From assembly GCF_036321535.1 (NCBI RefSeq), contig NC_087472.1, forward strand, positions 100,194,001 through 100,258,000: DNA of 64,000 nt. Direction: 5' to 3'. Source of the stretch: Camelus dromedarius. Lineage: Eukaryota. Made by a program: the position numbers and the translations under genes. A model generated the notes under the pieces. It had not been told where the DNA came from. It saw only the letters and a program-made list of their open reading frames with translations, and did not search any database. Positions 1 through 13,071 of the stretch are shown piece by piece (the first letter of the stretch is position 1; every line of letters starts with the position of its first letter).

Positions 1-1862
1 AGTTGATATGTTTCCATTCTTTATAGTTATTGTTCTTCTTAACATTCAGATTGCCCCCTCTTTGGCCAAAAACTGATTCAAGTTGGCTCCTAAGTCTTTT
101 TGATACGAGCTTAGTAGCTTCTTTGCTTCTTTGTGTGTTGAAATGTTCCAAGATCATCTTAGACATAGCTGGGATCAGCCATTCCTTCAGGGAGTCCTGG
201 TTTCTTTTAGTGAGAAATGATGTTTACAGACCCCAATCAGGGCTTGGAGGTTCTCATTGCTACTGAGTTGGCCATTGCTTTGGACCTTTTTGGTAGACAG
301 AGCTAGGGAAACCATCTCATGATACTGATGTTCCAATTCAAATTTAGGACTATAGGGTTTTTACATAATTTCTTTGGTTTCATATTTGTAACTCCTATGC
401 TGAAAAATCTGGTTCCTAATGATATTAATATTGTTTGTTGTATTCTATAATGTAAATATATAACATTTTCAAAATACCTGTATCAGTATTATCACCAACA
501 GTGTGGTTACTGGAAACTGTTTAAGAATTCTTTACATTTATGTTTTTTCCTTAAGTTATATCTTCTTAGGAAAATACAGTCAAACTGCTGTGTTTTTAAA
601 TCCCATGATAAATTCGTTTCTCTTTTATGAGTCAGCCATCAGCCAGATGCATAGGTTCATTTGTTTTGCCCCAGCCACAAATTCGGATGGTATGTTTATT
701 GGCAAACAGTGTTTTTAGGCAATATTTAAGAAATTACTTCACTTTCATTTATAATTATGTAAAAATCTTAGGTAATTTCAAAATCAGATTTTAAGAAATG
801 TAACTTGTATCTATCCCTGTCCTCTTCATCATGTTTTTTCCCTCCACCTATCAGAATCGGCTTTTATTACCTTTTGTTTTATCCTTCCATTTTTGAAGAA
901 ATAAAAGCAGATATATGTATTTATTCACATCCTCCCTTTTCTTAAATAAAGAAGGAGCATTCTGTGCACAGTATTCAAAACCTTGCTTCCTCGTCTGAAC
1001 AGTATATTCTGGAGAGCTCTCCATAGCAGTACTATATAAAATTTGTTTCATTCCTTTTTACAAATATTTTATATTATAGTATGAACATGAATATCATTGT
1101 TCTTAGTTAATTTACTCAGTCCTCACTTCTGATGGACATATGCTTCCAAACCTTCACAGGAACACTTTTAATATTTCATAACCACAAACTCCAGTTATTT
1201 TGTGGAAAAAAATTATTTTAACAACTGTCTAAGGAATCCATTTCCTGTGTGTAAAATGAAAAATTTACCATATAATTTAATAATACAGAAGGCTATGATT
1301 GATGGATATAGAAATAATTTCTTAAATTTCTTATTCTGGTGGGTGTGATAGGAATTACTACAGTCCTTCCTTGTTTGAGGTTGGCAAGACATTTCAGTTC
1401 AAGAAATGCCAAGATTTCTAAATTTATCTTGACTTTCTGAATTTGAGGACCCTGCCACTTTTCCAAAATAATCTTTTGTCAAACTGTCTCATCCTCATGA
1501 TTCAGGCTTAGCTTCTGAAATCATTACTCTCCATCCAGCGACAGGAGGCCGCCATATTATTATTTCTTTCTAAATATCTTGATCTGCATATGCTTTCATC
1601 CACAGTCTAGGTCTAATTTAAAGAGAAAGGATCAGGTAGGGACTGAGTATGATTGACTGAGACTTACTGGTGTTGATCTTAAGCAGTTGTTTCATTCACA
1701 TAGGAAAAATGAAATATAATTTAGATGTCTTTTTCCTGCTAAAGCCAAGTATCCCTACACCAGCCCTAATGTAACAGTGGCATTCTCATTCAGAGAATGA
1801 ATGCATGTATACTCCTGTGTCTTGATTAAAACATTTGTCATCTTATGACATGAACTTGTCAG

Positions 1863-2032
1863 GAGAAACAGCACAGGCGATCATGAGAAGGCTCTGCAGA
1901 TCATGCTCCAAGTTCTGCAGAGCTGTGACCACCCAGCTCCCAGCATGTTCTGCCTGTGCAGAGGATCTACAAGGACATCTTCTTGGATTCAGACTGCAAA
2001 CATGATGCCAGCCTCGACAGCGCCATTGAGAG
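1863..2032 (+). pseudogene. MAP3K15: MAP3K15 exon 7 equivalent; 1-nt deletion frameshift near 1960
   Basis: ag|G RNSTGDHEKALQIMLQVLQSCDHPAPSMFCLC, then RIYKDIFLDSDCKHDASLDSAIE continues in a shifted frame; donor gtaag at 2033. Confidence 0.9.
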
Positions 2033-2339
2033 GTAAGCCCTCAGCTCTAATCAGCTCTGCAAAGAATAGAATTCCAGTAGCTAAAGATCCAGGTCTTTTC
2101 CCTATGTCTGCCTCCTGTGTGCTGGCAGTGAAAAAATGCCATAAATGTGGTTTGGGAATTTCCAGATTCCTTTTTCCCAAAGGAAACCATTAGAAACAGG
2201 GTTTTCTACTGGTGACATTCTTCCCCCAAATTTACTCATTTATAGGGGCAAGGAGGCTCAGCACACACCTTCCATCTACTCCTTCTAGAACCTTGTTCCA
2301 CTACCGTCAGGGCATCATCTTCTCAGTGAGAGATGTTCA

Positions 2340-2880
2340 TTCCTGCTTATTCATTTATTCAACGAGTGTTTATTGAGGGTTTACTGTATGCCAAAAACTT
2401 TTCTAGGCAGTGGGGATAAAGACACAGCAGATACGAATCCATGCCCTCAAGGACCTTGCATTGCTGGTAAGGGAAGTAAGACCAACAAATACAGTAAAAT
2501 ATATAGGATGTCAGCTGATGGTGAGGACCTTGGGGAAAAGTTAAGCAGATACGAGGGAACGGAGGGTTTGGAGGAGTTGTCTGCAATTTTATATAGGATA
2601 GTCAGTGAAGAGGAATAAAGATGTAAAGATGGTGAGGGAATGAGCCTTGGAACTGTGTTCCAGCGGGAGGGGACAGCAAGGGCAAAGACCCTGAGGAGGA
2701 AGTGTGCTGAGCATGCCCAAGGATGGTGAGGCGGGAGCAAGGGGGGGAGTGGCAGGAAATGGGAGAGAAGAAGACCCTTTTCTTCTGAATGAGATGATAG
2801 AATGCCAGAGTGTTCTGAGCAGAGGAGTGACAAGATCTGACATACCTTTTAACCAGAGTACACTCACTGTTATGCAAAGA
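2340..2880. mobile_element. L2 LINE remnant
   Basis: ttcattcattcaac...tttattgag...ttactgtatgcca-type L2 tail followed by purine-rich L2-like body. Confidence 0.55.
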
Positions 2881-2889
2881 ATACATTTT

Positions 2890-3370
2890 AGGGGATATAT
2901 CAGCTATCATTTGCTGCATAACAAGCATCTCCAAAACTTAGTGGCTTAAAACAATGATTTATGATTTCTCAAGATTCTGTGGATTGCCCAGGCAGTTCCT
3001 CTGCTGGTTCTAATCCTCAAGTGCTGGACTCACTCCTCAAGTTGCAGTCAGCTGGAGAGTCAGTAGGCCTGGAAGGTCCAAGATGGCCTCACACATATTT
3101 GACTGTTGGTGGTGAGCCTCCATTCTCTAGCATGTGGTTCTAATCCTGGTAGGCAGCATTCTAAGAGAGTGAAGGTGGAAGCACAAAGTCTCTTAAGGCC
3201 CAGGAACTGAAATGAGCTCAGTTCTGCCACATGTTCTTGGTCAAAGCAAATCACTCAGGCAACCCATATTCAAAGGGGTGGAGAAATAGATGCCACCTAT
3301 GGGTCGGAGACATGACAAAGTCGTGTGTATAGTGGGATGGGAAGAATTTGTGGCTATTAAATAATGTACC
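2890..3370. mobile_element. MaLR LTR (MLT1-like) remnant
   Basis: tatcagctatc..ttgctgcataacaa..ccaaaacttagtggcttaaaacaa start motif typical of MLT1. Confidence 0.6.
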
Positions 3371-3574
3371 ATGTGGACAAGGGCAGAAGCAGGGAACAGT
3401 TAGGAGACTACTGCAGAAATTCAGAGAAGAGCTGATGGTGGCTTGAACCAGGGTAGTAGTGATGAAAATGATAAGATGTCAGAAACTAGATATGTTTTGA
3501 AGGTAGAGCCAACAGCCTACGTTATCTGTTTCTATGAAGAGCTCTTGGTATCACTGGTCCAGTGCCAATTAAAA

Positions 3575-3992
3575 ATTTTTTTATTGAAGTATAGTAGATT
3601 TACAATGTTGTGTTAATTTCTGGTATACAGCATAGTGATTCATTTATATATATATATGTATATATATACATATATATACATATATATATATTTATTTATT
3701 TATATATTTATATATTTTTTCATTATAGGTTATTATAAGATATTAAATATAGTTCTCTGTGCTATACAGTAGGACCTTATTGTTTATCTTTTTTATATAT
3801 AGTAGTTAATATCTGCAAATCCCAAGCTCTCAATTTATCCCTCCACCCCTTTTCTCCCTGGCAACCATAAGTTTGTTTTCTATGTCTGTGAGTTTGTTTC
3901 TGTTTTGTAAAGAAGTTCATTTGTGTCATTCTTTTAGATCCTACATATAAGTGATATCATATGGTATTCTTCTCTCTCTTTCTGGCTTACTC
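3575..3992 (-). mobile_element. 5'-truncated L1 3' end with internal (TA)n
   Basis: ttttattgaagtatagtagatttacaatgttgtg...tctggcttact, an artiodactyl-type L1 3' UTR. Confidence 0.8.
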
Positions 3993-6578
3993 AGTGTCAT
4001 TTAAATCTGTTTCCTCTCCCCTTCACCCCTCCTCTTTGTTTTCCTTCCATGCATATTGAACATTGTCGCCTGCCCTCCTCTCTCCATCCACATTTTCCCC
4101 TGGTGATCCCAGTCACTCTCATACCTTGGAACCTTTAGCTGATCTCCAGCCCAGCCTCCACCCTAAGCTTTGGCACCACATTGCCCTCTCTTTGCCCACC
4201 TGTTCTACCTCAGGGGCTGGTATTTAAGACTCAGCATGTCTAAGCCTGAAGTCATTGCCTCCTCTCCACAAGGGGAAAAAAAAAAAAAGAAACAAAACCA
4301 TTGTCTTTCTTTCTTACCACCATCCTTTAGCCTTCTAGGCATACACTTTTGGTTAGTGTTTGATAACTTTCACTCATTCATCTCCCCATACAGTCCGTTC
4401 CCAATTCCCAATTCCAAGTCACCCTTCTGTGAGTCTTCACTCACTCCCTGCCGGTCCTTTCCCATCACCACCACCACACCTAATCAGCAACATTTTTTTT
4501 TTTTTTTTACTTTCTTGCTAGGTATGTTCTAACAGTATCCCAAGTAGGTTCTGGGCTTTGTGTCTATCAAGTCTATCCTTCGTAGATTGACAGCTTATTC
4601 CCCCTAAAGTTCAAAGACCCACAATGGCTCTCCACTCCCTATGAAATAAAACTTCAAACTCTTAGATCACCATTCTAGGTGCTCTGCAGACTTTCTCCCA
4701 ACTCCCCCAACTCTGTTTCCCACCACCTGATACATGTCCAAGTAAACTGAAGTTCCTTAAGAGCTCCCCAAATCCTATCTCTGCTCTTACTATTTTCTAT
4801 GCTAGGGGTTCCCTTTCCAAATCACTATTGTAATTCTATCCATCTTCATGCCACATCTCAAACCTCTTTGTCTTCTGTGAGTCTCTCTAGACTTGGATTT
4901 GTGTGGTTTCAGGTTACTTACCACATCCATGAAAATGTACTATTTTCACTAATTGTGTGTAGATCTTATCACCTCCATCATGGGACAGGTTCTTAGAGGA
5001 CAGGGAACTTGTTTTATTCTTAGTTAGTCCCGGTAGTACCCAGTGTACTGTATGGTGGGGAGGAGTCACTCAGGGTATTGAATGGAAGGTGAAGGAAGGG
5101 AAATTAACGTTTGGTAGGGCCAAAGTAGAAAGCTGTGTTCCCACTGTGGTGGCCAGGAATTCAACCCCAGGTCAGAAAATGACTGCCTACAGCTCCTTCA
5201 AGGAAGTCACAGGAGCCTTTCTCCATCCACGTCATGAGGAGTGGCAGTGGCACAGGAGCAGATGAATCTTAGTCTTCTGGTCAGGGCATGTTGGCTCTGG
5301 TAAGAGCTCGGGGATCGTCTAGCTCTCAGAAGTGAAACATGCAGCTCAGGGAGACGTGGGGCTGGTCCTACACAAACCTGTAGTTGCAGCCCTGGCTCTG
5401 AGTTCAAGTCTTGTCTGTCTGCAAGTTGGACCTGTTTGATTTATGGATAAGAGGCATAAAGAAGTCACCCTCTCTGCCCTCTTCCCAGATAACTTTTCAT
5501 AGTAAAAGAAAATTTAAAAAATCAAATAACGTATGTAATTTTAAATTTCCAAAACATATGGAGGAGTGGGGAGAGGTTTTAATTTCATTGAAATTTTGTT
5601 GACTGGGATTGGAAGGACTTTCTTAATGTCCTCTGGTCCATCTGAGGGTACTTATGTCCCAAAATTCATCAAATCAGGTTTTAACTGATTTCATGATTTC
5701 TGATTTAACTGATAAATTCTCCCTTCCACAACTGATGTTTTGTTGGTGTTTAATTCTCCTGTTGTCAACTGAGTGATAAAATCACTCCTGGTTTACAAAA
5801 AGACATTTTTGTGTCATTACTTCATTGATTAAATTCTTTTTTCCCTGGTCATAATATTTCTATTTGCTCGTGGAAGAGAAAGAAACATTTTATGTATAGA
5901 AAAAAGAGTAAGAATTAAAAATGTCATGGTTAACCTTTTGGTATAAAAATGGTATTTGCAGCTTTGGATCTTGTTCTTTATTCTCATGTAATAGATCCCT
6001 GTCCCTTCTCTCACTTTACGCCACTGCTCTTTGGGGTCCAGGATTTTGGCAGTACTGCTTCATATGTGACAAAATGATTCCATTTTGTAATATAAGCAAA
6101 CAAATGTACTGCAGAGAAAGAACCTGTACCTGTTGTGATTTCCATGAAATAAAAAAGCTCAGTGTTCAAATGGGGTGTAACTTTAAAAATGAGATTTGAA
6201 CATCAAATGGTGGTCTACTTTGGGGGGTCGAATTTTAATAGGTTTTAAATTTCTTTTGTACACTTTAATATAGTTCCTTTATTTTATACGATGCTCGTGG
6301 CTTTTATTTGAAAAAAAAAAAAAACCCGACGAAGAAAGATTTTAAAACTCTCTCCTGTTAGTTACTGTGTTGCTATTATGACATGTTAAAGAAGCCATTC
6401 AGCTGCTGCACGTAACTATCTGTAAAGATGGGTGTGCTGGCTGGGGGAGGAGATCCGGAAAATAAATTAGAGTAGTAAAAATTTTCCTGAAAAGGTTGGT
6501 TTGTGCCGTTATTTACACTCTTTTTCTTCTATCATCATAAGATGATATGATAAGAATTCAGTGGTTCTGTAATTACAG

Positions 6579-6691
6579 GTATCGCAAAGGATTTGAGCTC
6601 CAGTCATCTCTTTATTCTGGAATTAACCTTGCAGTTTTGCTGATAGTTGCTGGACAACAATTTGAAACTTCCATGGAACTAAGGAAAATAG
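6579..6691 (+). pseudogene. MAP3K15: MAP3K15 exon 8 equivalent (frame open)
   Basis: ttacag|[39 protein letters not shown]|gtaaag. Confidence 0.92.
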
Positions 6692-6925
6692 GTAAAGCTG
6701 CTTCTTACTGCAGATGTTGACATGCTTTGGTAACACAAGTTCAGCATTAAAAATTATGTTCAAATAACTAGCATTATATTTCAAAAAGAGCAGTTACTCT
6801 CTGATGCACACCTGAGGCAGTAGCCAAAATGAAATGCCTGGTTTCTCCTCTATCTAAAGGCTTGCATACTATGATAGATACTAGGAAGATTTTTCATAAC
6901 TTTATCTAAAATTCGAATTCTTAAG

Positions 6926-7085
6926 ATGTCCGGCTGAACAGTTTGTTGGGAAGAAAAGGGAGCTTGGAGAAAATGAACAGTTAGTGGGATGTGAGTCAGT
7001 TCTTCAATGTCAGCATGTTGGCCAGTGATGTTGGGAAGGCTGTCCAGGCAGCAGAGAGGTTGTTCAAACTGAAACCTCCAGTCTG
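6926..7085 (+). pseudogene. MAP3K15: MAP3K15 exon 9 equivalent; TAG at 6982-6984
   Basis: [51 protein letters not shown]; stop replaces the Y of the YWDV motif; donor gtgag. Confidence 0.92.
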
Positions 7086-7327
7086 GTGAGTCATGCAGAT
7101 AGTAAAGCTCAAAGTACACCAAGAAAATGATGTTCATCACAAATGAAGACTGGAACTAAAACACGAATAATAGATATGGTCAAGAAAATGGTGGCCCAGT
7201 AGTGGCCCTAGGTTAGCCCATTTTACAGCCCTTGAAATGTGCAAGAAAGACTACTTGGAGACCTGGAAATGTGTTCATGGTTTATAATGGAATAAGAAAA
7301 GCCAGGTGCACAGTCTATTTTTCTCTT

Positions 7328-7503
7328 CAGTGATTCTCAGACTTTGGCATGTATCAGAATCACCTTTGTTGATTAAAACACATATTGCTGGGCTTCCTCT
7401 TAGGATTTCTGGTTCAGAGGGTCTAAGGTAGGGCCTGAGAATTTGCATTTACAAATTACAAGCTGGCGCTGCTGGTGTGGGGCCTACACTTTGAGAACTA
7501 CTG
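7328..7503. mobile_element. MER5A-like hAT fossil
   Basis: cagtgattctca...tcagaatcacct...tttgagaactactg terminal inverted repeats. Confidence 0.7.
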
Positions 7504-8161
7504 TTCTATACGGACTCATTTTAATTAAAAATTTGTGTTTCGTATGTGACTCAGCAGGGTTTGGGAGGGTTGGACAAGAGCTGATTTCCCAATAGACATT
7601 AAGGTCCATTAGAAAGGACACTCCCTGAGATAATCACTATCAGTATTTTGGAGAAAATCCACCATTCATTATTTATTCATTACACAAATATCAACTGAGC
7701 ATCAATTATGAGACTATAGCAAGCAATAATATAAGCACAATTATGAAGGACACTCTTAGCAGGCAGGATGTCCCAAGGACTGAGAAGTGATCTCTCAGAA
7801 GCCAGTCAAGAGCCAGACCTTTCTTTGGAATGTGTAGTTTGGACAACCCAGGCCTGCTGAGTTAATCCTTTACTGCTCAGTATCCAAGCAAGTCACGCAG
7901 AGTCTAGCTGATCTGCCTTCCCAGGATAGCGCCAGACTTTATCCTCAAAGGGCAAAATAGTACTCTGATACTATTAGTGGAACCACCTCTCCCCAGCTCC
8001 ATTCACTACCAGAGAGGATGTGACCATCACTGCTTAGCAACTGTGATTCAAAAAGTTCAATTTGCCTGAAGATAGTAAAGGTGTGGTGAGATTGAAGACC
8101 TCATAAATTCAAAATCCCCCTGGTCAGATCTAATTAAAAAAAAGAGAGAGAAGACATTGAG

Positions 8162-8290
8162 GAGGGGGGAGGGTATAGGTCAGTGGTAGAGCATGTGCTT
8201 AGCATGCATAGGGTCCTGGGTTCAATCTCCAGGACCTCTATAATTAAGTAATTAATTAACCTCCTCCCCCAAAAAATAATAAAAGAAGAA
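8162..8290 (+). mobile_element. tRNA-derived SINE (resembles camelid vic-1)
   Basis: ggggagggtataggtcagtggtagagc (A box) ... ggttcaatctcc (B box), A-rich tail, 11-bp TSD AAGACATTGAG at 8151-8161 and 8291-8301. Confidence 0.85.
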
Positions 8291-8304
8291 AAGACATTGA
8301 GTTT

Positions 8305-8584
8305 CATATTAGTGATTGCCAGAGGTCAAAGTGAGGATCGGGGCGAGGAGGAGTTGGTGTGGCTATAGAAGGGAAACAAGAGGGATCCTTGTGGTGATGG
8401 AAATGTTTTCTATCTTGACTGTATCATTGTCAGTATCCTGATTGTGATAGTGTTGTAGAATTTTGTATGATGCTACCATTGGGGTAAATCTTGCCAAGGG
8501 TGCATGGGATCTCTCTGTATTTGTTATCTTTCAACTGTATTTAAATCTAAAATTACCTCAAAATTAAAAGGGTAGTTAGAAAAG
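8305..8584 (+). mobile_element. Old L1 (L1MC-like) 3' end
   Basis: gagggatccttgtggtgatggaaatgtt..ctatcttgactgt..gggatctctctgtat..tctaaaatta motif string. Confidence 0.7.
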
Positions 8585-8940
8585 AAGACACTGAGTTTGA
8601 AATTTTGTCATTTTGTGGTTGCTTTGAGCTTCAAAGCAGTTGCTTTTGTTAATTAAGATAGCAAATGCCTGCCAGTCTGTATGCTTTGAACACAATGTAC
8701 CAAAACTGAGATTAGCCCAATGTTGGTAAAAAGCCATGTTGTATGATTTTGTTGGACAAGCTTATTTTGCCCCATTTGGGTTTCTTTTAATTAAGTATGT
8801 GGCTGCCAAATGATTAAGAAACACTTGCTACATAATATGAATTTAAGCAAATGAAGCTTTTGGGAAATTTCTTGTAAAGGGAGTAGAATTGACTTTTCTC
8901 TTTGGGAATCTAATTTATTGGCGCTTGTAATTTTTTCCAG

Positions 8941-9081
8941 GTACCTGCGATCATTAGTTCAGAACTTCAACGCTTCAAGAAACCCATTATTGAACATTCA
9001 CCCAGGCAAGAATGGCTGAACTTCTGGTTAGATATAATTTTTGAAGCAACAAATGAAGTTACCAGTGGACTCAGATTTCCA
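8941..9081 (+). pseudogene. MAP3K15: MAP3K15 exon 10 equivalent; frameshifting deletion (about 10 nt) near 8967
   Basis: YLRSLVQN, then QRFKKPIIEHSPRQEWLNFWLDIIFEATNEVTSGLRFP in another frame; ccag| acceptor, |gtaag donor. Confidence 0.9.
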
Positions 9082-9274
9082 GTAAGAGATGCTAAATCCA
9101 TTTCTTCAAGATTAAAAAAAAAAGAAACCGGGATTGGTACTATCTAATTATTGAATACTCTGAAGGGAAGAAAACCTTAGAGTAATTGAAAATGTTAAGG
9201 TATCCATCAGTTTTATGTAGAATTGGCCAGTGATAGATCAACCCACTAGAAAAAGTTGGCTATAGCCTCTAAAA

Positions 9275-9497
9275 CAGTGGTTCTCAACTGGGAGTGATTT
9301 TGTCCCCTAGAGATAATTGGCAACATCTGGAGACATTTTTGGTTGTCACAATGGTTGGGAAGATGTTGCTACCAGCAGCTAGTGAAGTGGAGGCCAAGGA
9401 TGCCACTAAACCTCCCATACTGCACAGGACAGCCTCCCGCCCCCAACACAGAGTTACCCCGCTCAAATGTCCATAGTGCTGAGGTGGAGAAACTCTG
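9275..9497. mobile_element. MER20-like hAT element
   Basis: cagtggttctcaac..tgattttgtccc..tggagacatttttggttgtcaca..gagaaactctg; 8-bp TSD ctctaaaa/ttctaaaa. Confidence 0.85.
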
Positions 9498-10507
9498 TTC
9501 TAAAACGATGCAGCACTAGTAGTGAAATTTTGGAATTCAGACTGTTTCCTGTTGACCTTTGATTTGCCTCCAATGCCACTAATTAATTTTTAAAACTTTA
9601 TTGAAAAGCAGAATTGCTTTTAGCTTCTCATTGAGGTTCTTTTTTTTTTTTTTCCTTTTTGTGACCATCTTATAAAAGAGTCACAAGTAAGACATCTAAG
9701 CATCCTGGAAACTGAACTTTAGATAATTGTGTTTCATATTTATGCTGTGACCATTCAGTGTTTAAGAATTTCATGAAACATCTAACAAAAGATTACATTA
9801 TTTGAAATGATTATGATAATGATTTTGTTCCTGAGTAGTAAGTTATTAAATCTTCTTTTAGTTATACTGAAAGGTACAAAAAATAACGGAACAGACATTC
9901 ATGTAATCTCTACCCAGGTTTAGCAATAAACGTGTTCCTCTATTTGCTTTGGAAATTCATTCTGTCTCCTTCCCCCTTTTTTACCTGCCTCCTCTACATC
10001 TCTCCCTCCTCCTGTCCTTCCCTCCCTCCCTCTCCCCCAGCAAAATAAAATTTGATTGATGGAATGTCACCTCACTCTTCATCCTCTTGCATTTTTTTGC
10101 TGACTTGGGTACCTACCTGTGGATCATCCAGTTTACCTCCTCATTTCTCACAAAAACTGTAGCCTTCCTCTTTTTCCTCTGTGACCTCTTCAGGCACCCT
10201 TTCTTGGCCACCCTGTCTAAAGAAGTGTCCCCTACCTTTATTCTACATTATTTTCTTCAGAGGTCTATATGCTATCATATTACATATCTTCTGTGTTGGT
10301 TACCCCATCTGCCCTATCAGAGCATGGACCTCCCACAGGGAAGGGACTTATGTTGTGGGCTGCCACATCCACGGGTGCTAAAGCAGTGTTGGTGCATCGT
10401 TGGTACTTGAAGAATATATCTGTGGGGTCCAGAGCTTCCCACTTCCTCACTGGGCAGGGTAACCTATGTGGCATGTTCCCATGCTTTACAGAAATCTGTT
10501 CTTTTAG

Positions 10508-10620
10508 GTTCTGGTGATAGAACCAACCAAAGTCTACCAGCCTTCTTACTTCTTGTCTCTATAAACAATGAAGCTGAGGAGAGGATGGTTTCTCTGTGGC
10601 ATGTCTCATCCATGGAAATG
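10508..10620 (+). pseudogene. MAP3K15: MAP3K15 exon 11 equivalent; 5-nt insertion (TTCTT, 10550-10554)
   Basis: VLVIEPTKVYQPSY [ttctt] VSINNEAEERMVSLWHVSSMEM|gtaag. Confidence 0.9.
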
Positions 10621-10789
10621 GTAAGAAAAAAAATCATAAACAGCGCTCTTTATTCTGTATTATTTAATGAAAAATTCAGTTTTCAAGTAGGAAAGTCAAC
10701 TATGTTGTAGTCCTTGAAAGAACAGGTACCCACACCTAACTTCTGAGTTACAGGAGTATACAAGAGAGTGGAATCACAGATGGAAGGAA

Positions 10790-10920
10790 GCATATATTTA
10801 TATGTGTACATGTGTGTGTGTGTGTGTGTGTGTATGTTATATATGTGTACATATGTGTGTGTGTATGTATGTGTGTATATATATATATAAAATATGTGTG
10901 TATACATATATATTATATAT
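10790..10920. repeat. Compound (TG)n/(TA)n microsatellite
   Basis: Seen directly. Confidence 0.85.
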
Positions 10921-11158
10921 AACTGGATAAGGATTAAAGTGCAAGTCCCTCCAAATCCCCCAAACCTGGTCTATATTCCCATTGCCAATGATTTGGTAGA
11001 TTTCCATCTATACCTTTTTCTAAGCTCAGTTATATTTGTATAATGTATGTGTATACATATATCCATTTTATATTTAATATATATAGAGAGGGGGGAGAAG
11101 CACTTTCATTAAAGTGATATCATATGGTATATATTCATTATTTTGCAACTTACTCTTT

Positions 11159-13071
11159 AAAAAATTTTTTAAAGTACAGTCAGTTTACAGTTTTGTGTCA
11201 GTTTGTGTACAGCATAATGTTTCAGTCATACATATACATACATATTTTCCTTTTCATATTCTTTTTCATTATAGGTTACTACAAGATATTAAGTATAGTT
11301 CCTTGTGCCATACAGTAGAAACTTGTTTATCTATTTTATATTTAGTACAATTTACTTTTTTTTAAACTGAAGTACTATAAGTTATAATGTGTCAATTTCT
11401 GGTGTACAGCACAATGTCCCAGTCATGCATATACATACGTATATTCATTTTCATATTCTCTTCCATTAAAGCTTATTACAAGATACTAAATATAGTTCCC
11501 CGTGCTATACAGAAGAAACTTGTTTTTCTAATCTATTTTTATATATAGTAGCTAACATTTGTAAATCTCAAACTCCCAAATTTATCCCTTCCCACCCCTT
11601 TTACCCTGGTAACCATAAGATTATTTACTAAGTCTTTGAGTCTGTTTCTGTTTTGTAAATGAGTTCATTAGTATCCTCTTTTTTTCTTTTCTTTTTTTTT
11701 TTTTTTTGAGATTCCATATATGAGTGATATCATATGGTATTTTTTTCTTTTTCTGGCTTACTTCACTTAGAATGATGATCTCTGGGTCCTTCCGTGTTGC
11801 TGCAAATAGCATTATTTTATTATTTTTTATGGCTGAGTAGTATTCCATTGTATAAATATACCACAACTTCTTTATCCAGTCCTCTGTTGATGGATGTTTA
11901 GGCTGTTTCCATGTCTTGGCTATTGTAAATAGTGCTGCTACGAACATTGGGGTGCATGTATCTTTTCAAAATTAGAGTTCTCTCCAGATATATACCCAGG
12001 AGTGGGATTGCTGGATCATATGGCAAGTCTATTTTCAGTTTTCTGAGGGATCTCCATACTGTTTTACACAATGGCTGCACCAAACTGCATTCCCACCAGC
12101 AGTGTAGGAGGGTTCCCTTTTCTGCACACCGTCTCCAGCATTTATTATTTGTGGACTTTTGAATGATGGCCATTCTGACTGGTGTGAAGTGATATCTCAT
12201 TGTAGTTTTGATTTGCATTTCTCTGATAATTAGCGATATTGAGCATTTTTTCACGTGCCTATTGACCATTTGTATGTCTTCACTGGAGAATTGCTTGTTT
12301 AATTCTTCTGCCCATTTTTGGATTGGGTTGTTAGTTTTTCTGTTATTAAGCTGTATGAGCTATTCTGAAAATTAAATCTTTGTCAGTCACATCATTTGCA
12401 AATATTTTCTCCCATTTTGTAGGCTGTCATTTTGTTTTGCTTGTGGTTTCCTTTGCTGTGCGAAAGCTTGTAAGTTTAATTAGGATTCTTTTGTTGATTT
12501 GTGCTTTTATTTCTATTGCCTGGGAAAACTGCCCTAGGAGAACATTGCTAAGATTTATGTCAGAGAATGTTTTGCCTGTGTTTTCTTCTAGGAGGTTTAT
12601 CGTGTCTTGTCTTATATTTAAGCCATTTTGAGTTTATTTTTGTGTACAGTGTGAGGGAGTGTTCTAACTTCATTGATTTACATGCAGCTGTCCAGTTTTC
12701 CCAACACCACTTGCTGAGTCTTTTCTCCATTGTATATTCTTGCTTTCTTTGTCGAAGATTAATGGACTGTAGGTCTGTGGGTTTATTTCTGGGCTCTCTA
12801 TTCTGTTCCATTGATCCATATGTCTGTTTTTTATGCCAATACTGCTCTGTTTTGATTACTGTAGCTCTCTGGTATTGTCTGAAATCTGGAAGGGTCTTTT
12901 CTCCAGCTTCGTTCTTTTACTTCAATATTGCTTTGGCAATTCTGGGTCTTTTGCGATTCCATGTAAATTTTAGGATTATTTGTTCTAGTTCTGTGAAAAA
13001 TGTCCTGGGTAATTTGATAGAGATCACATTAAATCTGCAGATTGCCTTGGGGCAGTATGGCCATTTTAACA
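11159..13071 (-). mobile_element. Young 5'-truncated L1 (ORF2 C-terminus plus 3' UTR)
   Basis: ORFs 11621-11947, 11898-12269 and 12560-12811 are L1 ORF2 pieces ([28 protein letters not shown]); TSD CAACTTACTCTTT at 11146-11158 and 13072-13084. Confidence 0.93.

Noticed and set aside
8162..8240. tRNA gene
   Set aside because: A-rich tail and TSD mark it as a tRNA-derived SINE.
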